Of a DNA stretch of 28,672 nucleotides, positions 14,924-23,954 are shown in pieces; position 1 is the first letter of the stretch, and the number at the start of each line of letters is the position of its first letter. The position numbers and the translations under genes are program-made. Source of the DNA: an uncultured Thermodesulfobacteriota bacterium. Lineage in GTDB: Bacteria; Desulfobacterota; B13-G15; RBG-16-54-18. The notes beneath the pieces were generated by a model. That model did not search any database. It was not told the origin of the DNA and saw only the letters and a list, made by a program, of their open reading frames with translations. The stretch spans positions 1-28,672 of the forward strand of contig CAYHAB010000165.1 in assembly GCA_964354505.1 (NCBI GenBank), given 5' to 3'.

Positions 14924-15904
14924 TCAGGGTCGGCGTGGTGTTTGCGCTGGCCGCCGACTAGGCATGAAAGGGTTTTTCCCCGCCTCTTTTTCTTTTGAGG
15001 GTTGATAGCTTTGGGTTGCGATGATTATTGTATCTTTAGCTTCCAACCCAGATATAACTTCAACATTCTTATCGTCGGAAATGCCAAGTTGAACTCTACG
15101 CTGAACAGGTTTTTCACGATTCCCTGGACTTGTAAGGACAAAGCTCCCTTCCTCATCTTGCTTCACCGCCTCAAGAGGTATCGCGAGGACATTTTCTTTG
15201 CTTTGTTCTATGATGTTTATGGTAGCACTCATGCCTGACCGAAATATTGGTGGTACTTTTTCGGGGAGGATATCGACTTGATAGATGGTGACATTATTTA
15301 CAATCTTTGACTCGTAGGCTATGTGGTCGACAATTGCCTTAACTTTAACGTCTGGATATGCATCGAGGTTAATAATCGCCGCTTGACCGAGCCTTACTTT
15401 CCCGATATCAGTCTCGTCAACCTGTGCCTGAACAATGAGGCGATCCGATAACACGATGACAGCATCGCTGGAAGTCACCGTTTGACCCGGTTCTACTGCA
15501 CGCACGATTACTTGGCCATTAATGGGGGCTATCAGCGGAGTGGGCTTATAGACCTCCTGCCAATAGTCTAATGTTTCCTTATTTTGTGCCCGGGCGGCAT
15601 CTAAGAGCGCAGCCCTTTCCGTTGAGCTCATCAATGCCAAGGTCTGGCCGATTGTTACTCGTTTGCCTTCTTGAACCAGTACCTTTTCAATCCTGCCGCT
15701 AATCGGAGGTTTTATCTCTAAACGGTTTTGGGGCTGGACGGTGCCTGTTGTCGATATAACGGTTTGGATTGTATCATAGAAGGGGCTTATCAGTTTGATA
15801 TCTTCAGCCGAGGTCTGCTTTTTCTTTTGGATGATTATTATGAGAAGACTCAAAATGACGGCAACCAACATGATGAGAACAATATACCTTTTTTTATTCC
15901 ACAT
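14924..15904 (-). CDS. Efflux periplasmic adaptor (MacA-like membrane fusion protein)
   Basis: N-terminal transmembrane anchor, lipoyl-like GRIEKVLVQEGKRVTIGQTLA and APINGQV, then VDETDIGKVRLGQ. Lies between tolC and macB. Confidence 0.92.
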   Translation of the reverse strand: MWNKKRYIVLIMLVAVILSLLIIIIQKKKQTSAEDIKLISPFYDTIQTVISTTGTVQPQNRLEIKPPISGRIEKVLVQEGKRVTIGQTLALMSSTERAALLDAARAQNKETLDYWQEVYKPTPLIAPINGQVIVRAVEPGQTVTSSDAVIVLSDRLIVQAQVDETDIGKVRLGQAAIINLDAYPDVKVKAIVDHIAYESKIVNNVTIYQVDILPEKVPPIFRSGMSATINIIEQSKENVLAIPLEAVKQDEEGSFVLTSPGNREKPVQRRVQLGISDDKNVEVISGLEAKDTIIIATQSYQPSKEKEAGKNPFMPSRRPAQTPRRP

Positions 15905-17162
15905 ACTCTAATTGCCCTCCTTGTGCCTGGATCCACTGAGCCTCTGCAATAAGGGCGCTGGCCTGTGCATCCAAAAAAGATTTTTTCCCCCGCACCAAAT
16001 CATCCTCGATGATGGTCCAGTTATCAAATGAGATCAGGCCGTTTGAATACTGGGCTCGGGCTATTTTTGCACGCTCTTCATATGCTTGTAAGAAATTTTT
16101 TTGCACCGTCACTGTATCCACTGCATTCTGCCAATTTGTCCAGGATTGTTCTAGCATCAGGATAACGCCGTCTCGGCCGCTCCTCTCATCCGCCTGTACT
16201 TGGTTCAGTACGGCCCTGGCCTTAGAAACCCCTGCCAACCGGCGTCCTCCTTCGAAGAGAGGAAAAGTGAGGGTTACCCCAACCGACCAATCATCATTGC
16301 CCGGCGGCCAGTCAGAATCGGTCCTGCCTGCGCTGGCATTCGCGTAAACCTGAGGGAAGAATTCCGCCTTTGCTGATTTTAAACTAAACCGCGCCGCCTC
16401 TTTTTTAGCAATCAGGGCTTCAAGGGAAGGGTTGCTTGCTGCCAAGGCCTCAAAAACAGGTCTCTCTCGTCTCGGATTAAGACTCTCAAAACCTCCAGTC
16501 ACCCGTATTGGCTTTGATTCTGTTCGGCCCAATTCCTTACTGAGTTGTCGCTGGGCTACGCTGACAGTACGCCTTGCCTGCGCAACCTCGAATTCCGCCT
16601 GTGCTAAATTTGCCTGGGCAGTTAATAACGAGCCTCTGTGTTCCCCTCCTCCCTCATAAAGCAATCTTACCAGTTCCGCGTTTTGTTTTCTCCGTGAGAA
16701 AATGTCTTCTGTGATAGCCAAGAGATCCTGGGCCTTTAAAAGTCCGACAAAGGCGGTCCGTAGCCTCAACCTTATATCAGATGAGGTTCCCTCGTAGTTA
16801 TATTGCGCATATTTTACATTTTTTGCGGCCGCAGCGATATTATACGGGGTTTTGAAGCCATCGAATAGCAATTGTTGTGCAGAAATACCATATGAATACG
16901 TGTCCGTTGTATTATTTGTAGCTGATTTTGAAGTTTTTTGGCTCACTTCAGTGTTGATTTGAGGCAACATATCGCTTATTGTGATTGCCTTATCTGCCTT
17001 AGCCTGTTTCACGACTTCTTGGGCAGATGTCAAATCAGGATTATTCTTTTGCGCCTCTTTAACGCAGTCTTTCCAGGTAAGGACTTCTTCTGTCCTTCCC
17101 TTATTTGGGAAAAAACAATAAAACAAAAAGAATATCGTAAAAAAAATTATGCGTCTTTTCAT
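15894..17162 (-). CDS. TolC-family outer membrane efflux protein
   Basis: Signal-peptide-like N-terminus and OEP repeats (AQKNNPDL, QQLLFDG, TFPLFEGG, YSNGLISF). Context with MacA and MacB. Confidence 0.92.
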   Translation of the reverse strand: MKRRIIFFTIFFLFYCFFPNKGRTEEVLTWKDCVKEAQKNNPDLTSAQEVVKQAKADKAITISDMLPQINTEVSQKTSKSATNNTTDTYSYGISAQQLLFDGFKTPYNIAAAAKNVKYAQYNYEGTSSDIRLRLRTAFVGLLKAQDLLAITEDIFSRRKQNAELVRLLYEGGGEHRGSLLTAQANLAQAEFEVAQARRTVSVAQRQLSKELGRTESKPIRVTGGFESLNPRRERPVFEALAASNPSLEALIAKKEAARFSLKSAKAEFFPQVYANASAGRTDSDWPPGNDDWSVGVTLTFPLFEGGRRLAGVSKARAVLNQVQADERSGRDGVILMLEQSWTNWQNAVDTVTVQKNFLQAYEERAKIARAQYSNGLISFDNWTIIEDDLVRGKKSFLDAQASALIAEAQWIQAQGGQLEYVE

Positions 17163-17163
17163 C

Positions 17164-17412
17164 TTATTTCCTGCCTTTTTTAGAAACCTTTTTTTCCAGT
17201 TGGGATAAAACTTTTGAAGCCCGCTTTAATAATTTGCTAAAGTCTTCCTCCGGTATCAGGCCAATAAGTTTTTTATCCGGGCTGAACAAAACGATTAATT
17301 TATCGCCGGGTTTAGCCTTTAATAATTTTCGTACATCGGCAGGAATAACAACCTGACCTCTTTCGCCAATTGTCACCACGCCATAAATTTTACCCTGAAA
17401 TAATGCATGCAT
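17164..17412 (-). CDS. AbrB/MazE/SpoVT-family DNA-binding protein
   Basis: VTIGERGQVVIPADVRKLLKAKPGDKL matches the swapped-hairpin motif. SD AAGGAG lies upstream of the ATG. Confidence 0.9.
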   Translation of the reverse strand: MHALFQGKIYGVVTIGERGQVVIPADVRKLLKAKPGDKLIVLFSPDKKLIGLIPEEDFSKLLKRASKVLSQLEKKVSKKGRK

Positions 17413-17430
17413 GCTCCACTCCTTTTTATG

Positions 17431-17469
17431 TATGAATAATATGATATATATGAATATAGCATATTATTC
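17431..17469 (-). promoter_or_regulatory. Promoter/operator of the AbrB-tolC-macA-macB operon
   Basis: On the minus strand, extended -10 TGcTATATT (17453-17461). TCATA occurs three times at 9-bp period (plus-strand TATGA at 17431, 17440, 17449). A perfect 10-bp inverted repeat GAATAATATG/CATATTATTC lies at 17434-17443 and 17460-17469. Confidence 0.6.
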
Positions 17470-17653
17470 TCTGTTAGAAAATATCAATGTAATTATTAGA
17501 CACACGAGGAATAAAAAGGTTTAGTTTTACTTGTTTAGAAACAACAATAAATATACAATACTGGTACGAAAAGGCAGGACAGGTAATAGGTCAAGCGCTG
17601 ACTCTGCTAACCGGGATGCTATGCAAAATCAGTCGCTCACTATGTTTTTAATA

Positions 17654-17700
17654 TCATGACCATAGATTAGCACCGTCTTATCCTGCTAATCTCGTCATGA
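17654..17700. repeat. Interrupted inverted repeat upstream of addA
   Basis: TCATGAC-cat-AGATTAGCA-N11-TGCTAATCT-c-GTCATGA gives 7+9 bp of complementarity. Confidence 0.7.
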
Positions 17701-17723
17701 ACCTTACCAAACTATAGTTATAT

Positions 17724-20267
17724 ATGCCTAAGCACGACCTATATCCCCACATACACTATCTTAAGGCATCGGCCGGAGCCGGGAAGACGTATCAGCTCAC
17801 CATACGTTTTCTCTCGCTGCTCGCGGCAATGAAGCCCACGGCAGAGTCCATCCGTCAAATTATGGCCATCACCTTCACCAATCGGGCCGCCGCTGAGATG
17901 AAGGGGCGCATCATCCTCGCCTTAAAGCAGATAGCCTTAGGAGAAGCGGAAGGGGCAAGGTTGTCCCAAGAAGTGGGTTTGGAGCCTTCCGAGGCTGCTG
18001 CCTGGCTTGATACCATCCTTGCCCATTTCAGCGATTTTCACGTCCGTACCATAGACAGCCTCGTCTATGCCCTGCTGCGGGCCTTCTCTTTAGAGATGGG
18101 GTTGCGGCCGGAGCTGGAGGTTGTCTTCGAAGAAGATGCCATCCTTGATCTCTGCTTCGATCGGTTGCTCTCCGGTACCCAATGGGGAGATGAGGGGGAT
18201 CGACTTTTTCAGCTCTTCACTGAACTCCTCGAGACGTATCTGAGAATAGAGGAGGCGGGGGGCATGGTGGTGGAGCGAGGGATCAGGAAGAGATTTCGGG
18301 AGCTTTATGACAAGGCGGATATCGCGAGCGCAGCCGGACCCCCACCGAATCTGAGCGGGGCAGAAGTCAAATTGCGGGACGTGGCCCAAAAGCTCCTTAT
18401 GGAAATAAATAGGGGGGGGTGCGCAGAATATCTCAATAAGCGGACGTTTCAGACAGACCTTCTTCAGGAACCCCTGGCCCACTTGGGGAAGGCCTTTTTT
18501 GAGAAGGTCTCCTTCGGAGAACTTCTCACGAGAAAGGCCCAGGGGCTTGATGAGCCCACCCTTGCTCAACTGGAAGCCCTTTACCAGGAGCTCGGGGAGG
18601 CACGGGATGCTTATCTCGGCATCCTGGCCAGGGCTAAGGTCTACGCCTATATGAGGGCGCTTGCCGAGTTACAACGGGAGGTCAGGGGCATATCCGAACG
18701 GGAGGGTCGGATCTTGGGGCGGAACTGGCATTCCATGATCAAACGATACTTCAATGAGGGTGAAGGGGCGGGGGCCTATGCCTTCGTGAAGTTGGGCTCG
18801 ATGGTCAGACACTTCCTCATCGATGAATTCCAAGATACCAGCCGTCCTCAGTGGGAGGCCCTTCTCCCGCCTTTGGAGGAGAGCCTTGCCGGCGGGGGAA
18901 GCAGCTTTTTTGTAGGGGATATCAAGCAGGCCATCTATGGATGGCGCGGAGGGGACTGGCGCCTCTTTGGCGAGGTGGTGACTGATTACTTTCCCAGTGT
19001 TCCACCCCATGGCAAGAAGGGGGGTAGCCTCACGCTGAATTATCGCTCCCTGCCCCGGATTGTCGAGTTTAACAATGGCCTGTTCCGCCTCCTTATTGAC
19101 GAACAATTTTCCCAGAAAATCGCCGGCGTCATACTCGGTGAGAAGGCACAGGAGTGGGCAAAGGCGCTGCTGGCCAGTTCCATCGCCCGCAACTTTGAGG
19201 ACGTGGAGCAAGAGGTCGCGTCCCCTCTTCAGAAAGGCCCAAAAAAGGGGAGGGTTGAGGTTGCCTCCTTTGTGGCCCCTGCAGAGGAACTGCGCCAGGC
19301 AGTTAAGGTGCAGCTCCTTGAGCAGATTCACGAGGTATGGGATCGGAGAGAGGGGAAAGGGATTGCCGTTCTGGTTAGACGCAACAGGGATGCCGAGGAT
19401 ATCGCGACATGGCTTATAGCAGAGGGGATCCCTGTCGTTACGGAGAACTCCCTGCGACTGCGCAGCTCTGATCTCATCAAGGGGCTGGTGGCCTTTTTGC
19501 GCTTTCTCGATTACCCCCTTGATGATCTCTCCTTCTGGGGGGCGATTGCCAGCCGCCTCTTTCAGGGGCTACCTCACCTTTCTCAGGAGGATCTGGAGAC
19601 CTTTATCTCAGAAGGGAGGTGGCCGCCGCCGCTATATAAGGTCTTTGAGAGGAGGTTTCCAGAGGTCGGCGAGGGGCTCATCAGGCCCCTGTTGGCCCGC
19701 GTGGGCTTTGTAACCCCCTATGACCTTGTCCGTGAGGTGGCCGAACGGTTTCAGCTCTTGGAGCGCTTCCCAAATGAGATGATCTTCATTTATCGCCTTT
19801 TCGAACTCATCTTTCAGACAGAGGCCAAGGGACAGCGGAGCCTTGCGCACTTTCTCCAATTCTGGGAGGAGGGGGGTATGGAGGAGAAGATCGGCCTCCC
19901 CGAAGAGGTCTCCGCTGTAAAGATCCTCACCATCCACAAGGCAAAGGGTCTTGAGTTTCCCGTCGTATTCATTCCCTTCACCAATTGGAGGCTTGATTCT
20001 CCCCGCTTGGCGAAGCTCGATGATGGGAGCTTCGTAACCCTAAAAAGGCCCCTTCCTTCTCAGCTGGAAAGGAAGAGAACCATGATGATGATAAACGACG
20101 CCCTGGAAACCCTCAATCTCCTCTACGTGGCCACCACCCGGGCCGAGGAAGAGCTCTATCTCTACGAGACCAGTCTTCCGCTCGCCCGCGGCGAGGGGGT
20201 TGACCGAGGATACCTCTCTGCCTGGTTGCGGGCGATGCTCATCCAGCAAGGGTATCCCGTATCATGA
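17724..20267 (+). CDS. addA: UvrD/AddA-family helicase lacking its C-terminal nuclease domain
   Basis: SF1A motifs ASAGAGKT, AITFTNRAAAEM, VRTIDS, IDEFQDTS, VGDIKQAIYGWRGG, NYRS, LTIHKAKGLEFP, LLYVATTRA. Clustered with an AddB-like gene. Confidence 0.8.
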   Translation: MPKHDLYPHIHYLKASAGAGKTYQLTIRFLSLLAAMKPTAESIRQIMAITFTNRAAAEMKGRIILALKQIALGEAEGARLSQEVGLEPSEAAAWLDTILAHFSDFHVRTIDSLVYALLRAFSLEMGLRPELEVVFEEDAILDLCFDRLLSGTQWGDEGDRLFQLFTELLETYLRIEEAGGMVVERGIRKRFRELYDKADIASAAGPPPNLSGAEVKLRDVAQKLLMEINRGGCAEYLNKRTFQTDLLQEPLAHLGKAFFEKVSFGELLTRKAQGLDEPTLAQLEALYQELGEARDAYLGILARAKVYAYMRALAELQREVRGISEREGRILGRNWHSMIKRYFNEGEGAGAYAFVKLGSMVRHFLIDEFQDTSRPQWEALLPPLEESLAGGGSSFFVGDIKQAIYGWRGGDWRLFGEVVTDYFPSVPPHGKKGGSLTLNYRSLPRIVEFNNGLFRLLIDEQFSQKIAGVILGEKAQEWAKALLASSIARNFEDVEQEVASPLQKGPKKGRVEVASFVAPAEELRQAVKVQLLEQIHEVWDRREGKGIAVLVRRNRDAEDIATWLIAEGIPVVTENSLRLRSSDLIKGLVAFLRFLDYPLDDLSFWGAIASRLFQGLPHLSQEDLETFISEGRWPPPLYKVFERRFPEVGEGLIRPLLARVGFVTPYDLVREVAERFQLLERFPNEMIFIYRLFELIFQTEAKGQRSLAHFLQFWEEGGMEEKIGLPEEVSAVKILTIHKAKGLEFPVVFIPFTNWRLDSPRLAKLDDGSFVTLKRPLPSQLERKRTMMMINDALETLNLLYVATTRAEEELYLYETSLPLARGEGVDRGYLSAWLRAMLIQQGYPVS

Positions 20268-20779
20268 GCCCGAGGACGCCGGCGATAAAGATCTATAACC
20301 ACCCCGTTTCCCTGCTTCGGGATCAGGGTAGGGTCGTTTCAGCCCTGCGTGGGGAACTCATCCATCACGCCCTCTTCTTTCTTGATCATTTTTCAGTGCA
20401 GGAGGATGTCGAGCGGGCCGTCCTGCAGGCCTTTTCCCTCCAAGGTGTTGATAGGATGCGCTGGGACGTAGAGAAGGATTATCTCAAACCCATTGTGAGC
20501 GCCCTTTCCCTTCCCCAGGCGAGGGGGTGGTTTAAACAGGGGGTTGTAAGCCTGCGGGAAGTGGAGATAGTGGATGTCCAGGGTGAGGTGCATCGAATCG
20601 ATTGTTTGGTTATCGGCGAGGGGATGTTGGAGGTGATTGATTTCAAGGTCGGCAATCGGGATGAGGGATATCGGGTCCAGGTGCAACTTTACCAGAGACT
20701 TGTTGAGGCTATTTTTCATCGACCAACCGACGGATACCTCCTCTACATCGATGAACCCGCTGTGGTGGCTGTACGATGA
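20264..20779 (+). CDS. Stand-alone RecB-family PD-(D/E)XK nuclease equivalent to the AddA C-terminal domain
   Basis: Motifs RGELIHHAL, REVEI, RIDCL, VIDFKVG, QVQLY. ATGA overlaps with both neighbours. Confidence 0.82.
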   Translation: MSPRTPAIKIYNHPVSLLRDQGRVVSALRGELIHHALFFLDHFSVQEDVERAVLQAFSLQGVDRMRWDVEKDYLKPIVSALSLPQARGWFKQGVVSLREVEIVDVQGEVHRIDCLVIGEGMLEVIDFKVGNRDEGYRVQVQLYQRLVEAIFHRPTDGYLLYIDEPAVVAVR

Positions 20780-23715
20780 ATACAGTCACCATTATTCCCT
20801 ACCGGGAGAACTTTCTCAAGAAGATCGCCGAGGAGATCTTCAGCCGACATTTCACGCTCGATGATCCCCTGGCCCTGGCTCGGGTAATTGTCGTGCTCCC
20901 GCACCGCAGGGGGATCATCTACTTGCGTGACTACATATTTCAGCTCGTCAGCGCCCGGCAGAAGAGCCCCTTTTTCCCGCCGAAGATCATTGCCATCGAG
21001 GACTTGATAGAAGAGATAACGGTGCAGCTAGAAGATCCTCCACGCCGCCCCCTTTCGCTCCCTGATCAGGCTTGGGTCCTCTTTGGGATTGTTCAGGAGA
21101 GTTCGACTTTTGGCAAGGTTGCTGCCAGCTGGGATCGATTTTTCCCCTGGGGGATACGGCTGGCATCCCTCCTGGATGAGATCGATCGGGAGGTGGTTAC
21201 CCCAAGGGACATACAATATCCCGAGGACGTCCCACGGGATGCCAGGAGCCTTTTGGAAGGGCTGGAGGAGATATACGTTGCCTTTGATCGCCGGTTACTG
21301 ATGGAGGGCCTCACTACACCGGGAAAGAGGCTGCGATTATTGGCGGAACGGATAGAGGAGGCTCCTTTTGGGGAAAGGCCGATTTATCTGGCCGGTTTCT
21401 ATGCCCTCACCGGTGCCGAGGAGCATGTTTTCAGGTATCTCTTCTCCCAGGGCGCCAGGGTTTTCTGGCATGCCGACCCTCACGAGCTCCCCCCCCTGTA
21501 CAAGCGCTGGATGGAACAGTGGAACCTGAATATAGAGACCGTGGGCGATAACACCCCTTCCTCCCCCCATCTCCACTTTTATGAATCTTACGATCTCCAT
21601 GCCGAGCTCCTCCAAGCGCAGAAAATCATTCCCCAAACAATCCATCAGCCCGATGAATGCGCCCTGGTGCTGCCCGACCCATCGACCCTGATCCCCACTC
21701 TGTACAGCCTTCCTCCGAGGATGCTCGTTAATGTCTCTCTCGGCTATCCGTTAGAGCGGACGGCCCTCGCTTCTCTCATCGAACAACTGATGAGGGTTCA
21801 AGAGGGGAGAGATGAGGACGGGGCCTATTACCACCAGGATTGCCTTACCCTCATCAGGCATCCCTATTTACGAAGGCTTCCCACCCCCTCAGGCAGAGAG
21901 GGGCGTATCGTCCTCCACTTCCTAGAAGAAAAGATCAGGCACTACGGAAAACCCTTTTTGACGCGCAATGAATGGGAGGATGTCCTCGCCATATCCGAGG
22001 ATCCGAGCCGAGACAGAAACTTTCTGGCCACCGAGGGATTGGATTTTGAGGAGGCGCAGGAATTCGTCCGGGAGCTGCGCCTTCACCTCCTGGCCCCGTG
22101 GGAGGATCTGCGCACCCCTTTGGAAATGGCCGCTGCCCTCAAAGGATTGGTGCGATTTCTTTTTGCCCCCTTTGTCGAGCAGGAGGAGTTTTTGCGCAAC
22201 CACCCCTTTGACAATGAGTTTATCTATACCCTCGAAGATAGCGTAATCCCCAGTCTGGAGGATGCCCTGTTCGCCCGGCATCCTATGGACAAGCGGCTCC
22301 TTTTTTCCCTGCTGCGTGAGATACTGCACATGGCCCGTACCCCTTTTGAGGGGCACCCCCTCGTCGGCCTTCAACTTCTGGGGTTATTAGAGACGAGGCT
22401 CCTTTCCTTCGACAAGATCATCATCATCGATGTGAATGAGGATGTGGTGCCTTCCCATGAGGAGGTAAACCCGCTGCTGCCCGAACCCCTCAGGAAGACA
22501 TTTGGTCTTGCAGGCCGCGAGCGGGAAGAGGCCATTGTGCGCTACCACTTTGAACGCCTTATTGCTTGCGCCAAGGAGGTCCATCTCCTCTGGCAGTCCT
22601 CTACCATGCCGACCGCATCAGGCTTGGAGGGGAAAAAGGTGAGGAGTCGCTTTATCGAGTCGCTCCTCTGGCATGAGGAGAAGAAGCAGGGCGTTATTTT
22701 AGATGGCGCTGTTTCCAAGGCCCCCCTTCGCATCGCTGCCGAGTCTTTCCTCAGAGAAGAGGGGTTGGCGAAGAGTGGTCGAGAACGCGAGCGAATAAGA
22801 GAGTTTCTCTCTCTTTGGAGCCGTACCCATGGTCTTTCGGCCTCTCTCCTGAACACTTATCTACTGTGTCCCCTCAAATTCTACTATCATTATCTCCTGG
22901 GTCTCAGACCGGTTGCCACCGTCACCGAAGATGTGGACGCTGCTGTCTTAGGGGAGATCGTCCATCAGGCCCTGGAGGAGTACTTCTCCAGGTATCGAAA
23001 GCGGACGTATCGCAAGGCCGCAGAAAATGATCCCGGCAGGTTGATCTCTATCTTCAGAGAGCGCTTCACCGGGTCGGCCATGTACCGTAGCCTAGCCCAG
23101 GAGAAGAGGTTTTTTTTGGAATATGTTGCTGCCTATCGCCTGAAAAATTATCTTGCTCAGATGCCTGATATCACCTTTATTACTGCCTTGGAGGAAGAGT
23201 ATCGCTTAAACCTTTCCCTCGGTCCAGGTGAGTTCACCTTCTACGGGAAGGTAGACCGGATTGACAGCAGGGAAGGACACCAGATCATCTTAGATTATAA
23301 GACGGGGAGGGTGGAAGCGTTTGCCAAAGGGCACTTCGAGAGGAAGATCCTCCCCTTTTCCCCACCAGGTGAGTTTAATTACGAAGGTCTCAAGGCCATT
23401 ATGGGGGCGATCAGAGATTTCCAGCTCCCCCTCTATGTCCTCCTGGCGGCAGCGGGGAAAGAAGAGGAACTGGGCAGGACGCTCACGGCCTATGTAGAGC
23501 TGGGGAGGGGAGGGGAGGAGCGCTATTTCATCCCCCGTGATAGGCTCGATGGAATTCGGGATGCCTCTATCGCATGGTTCTCCAATACCTTGCCCACCCT
23601 GCTGGCCTACGTTATAGATCATATGGTTGAGGCGCCCCTCTTTTATCCTGCTACCGAGGAGGAGGCCTGCCGGTTTTGCGAGTATGAATCAGTATGCCGT
23701 TTTTCCTTCGCTTAA
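20776..23715 (+). CDS. addB: AddB-like protein: inactive helicase-like region plus PD-(D/E)XK nuclease with Fe-S staple
   Basis: SASLLNTYLLCPLKFYY, GEIVHQALE, GKVDRID, ILDYKTG, FQLPLY and C-terminal CRFCEYESVC (four Cys for a [4Fe-4S] cluster). Confidence 0.8.
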   Translation: MNTVTIIPYRENFLKKIAEEIFSRHFTLDDPLALARVIVVLPHRRGIIYLRDYIFQLVSARQKSPFFPPKIIAIEDLIEEITVQLEDPPRRPLSLPDQAWVLFGIVQESSTFGKVAASWDRFFPWGIRLASLLDEIDREVVTPRDIQYPEDVPRDARSLLEGLEEIYVAFDRRLLMEGLTTPGKRLRLLAERIEEAPFGERPIYLAGFYALTGAEEHVFRYLFSQGARVFWHADPHELPPLYKRWMEQWNLNIETVGDNTPSSPHLHFYESYDLHAELLQAQKIIPQTIHQPDECALVLPDPSTLIPTLYSLPPRMLVNVSLGYPLERTALASLIEQLMRVQEGRDEDGAYYHQDCLTLIRHPYLRRLPTPSGREGRIVLHFLEEKIRHYGKPFLTRNEWEDVLAISEDPSRDRNFLATEGLDFEEAQEFVRELRLHLLAPWEDLRTPLEMAAALKGLVRFLFAPFVEQEEFLRNHPFDNEFIYTLEDSVIPSLEDALFARHPMDKRLLFSLLREILHMARTPFEGHPLVGLQLLGLLETRLLSFDKIIIIDVNEDVVPSHEEVNPLLPEPLRKTFGLAGREREEAIVRYHFERLIACAKEVHLLWQSSTMPTASGLEGKKVRSRFIESLLWHEEKKQGVILDGAVSKAPLRIAAESFLREEGLAKSGRERERIREFLSLWSRTHGLSASLLNTYLLCPLKFYYHYLLGLRPVATVTEDVDAAVLGEIVHQALEEYFSRYRKRTYRKAAENDPGRLISIFRERFTGSAMYRSLAQEKRFFLEYVAAYRLKNYLAQMPDITFITALEEEYRLNLSLGPGEFTFYGKVDRIDSREGHQIILDYKTGRVEAFAKGHFERKILPFSPPGEFNYEGLKAIMGAIRDFQLPLYVLLAAAGKEEELGRTLTAYVELGRGGEERYFIPRDRLDGIRDASIAWFSNTLPTLLAYVIDHMVEAPLFYPATEEEACRFCEYESVCRFSFA

Positions 23716-23763
23716 TGAAGAAGGTTACACAGTATATGAGAATCCATACCCTTAATATTTTGC

Positions 23764-23791
23764 TTGACAACAGCCATATTTTTCGGGTAAT
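23764..23791 (+). promoter_or_regulatory. Candidate sigma70 promoter for the HD-GYP gene
   Basis: Perfect -35 TTGACA (23764-23769) and GGTAAT (23786-23791) with a 16-nt spacer; the -10 match is imperfect. Confidence 0.45.
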
Positions 23792-23954
23792 TAAAAAAAA
23801 CTTTCTTTTTCATAGATAAAAGACCCCCCCTACCTTCAAGAGCCGGTTAAAAAGGGCTCTGAGAAGGCGTCTATTGTGTTCCTCCTAGTATTTTTCGTTT
23901 TGTCCAAGGAACTGAAAAGATTACGTGCAATATTTTTTCTAGGAGGTGACCAGA

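Noticed and set aside
20265-20290. Selenocysteine read-through of the addA TGA to fuse helicase and nuclease
   Set aside because: The nuclease is in a different frame. In-frame read-through gives ARGRRR and then TAA.
23800-23940. Known c-di-GMP-I/II or c-di-AMP riboswitch
   Set aside because: Conserved cores such as GGCAAAC...GAAA...GACGCAAAGC are absent by eye. Kept only as an unassigned structured leader.
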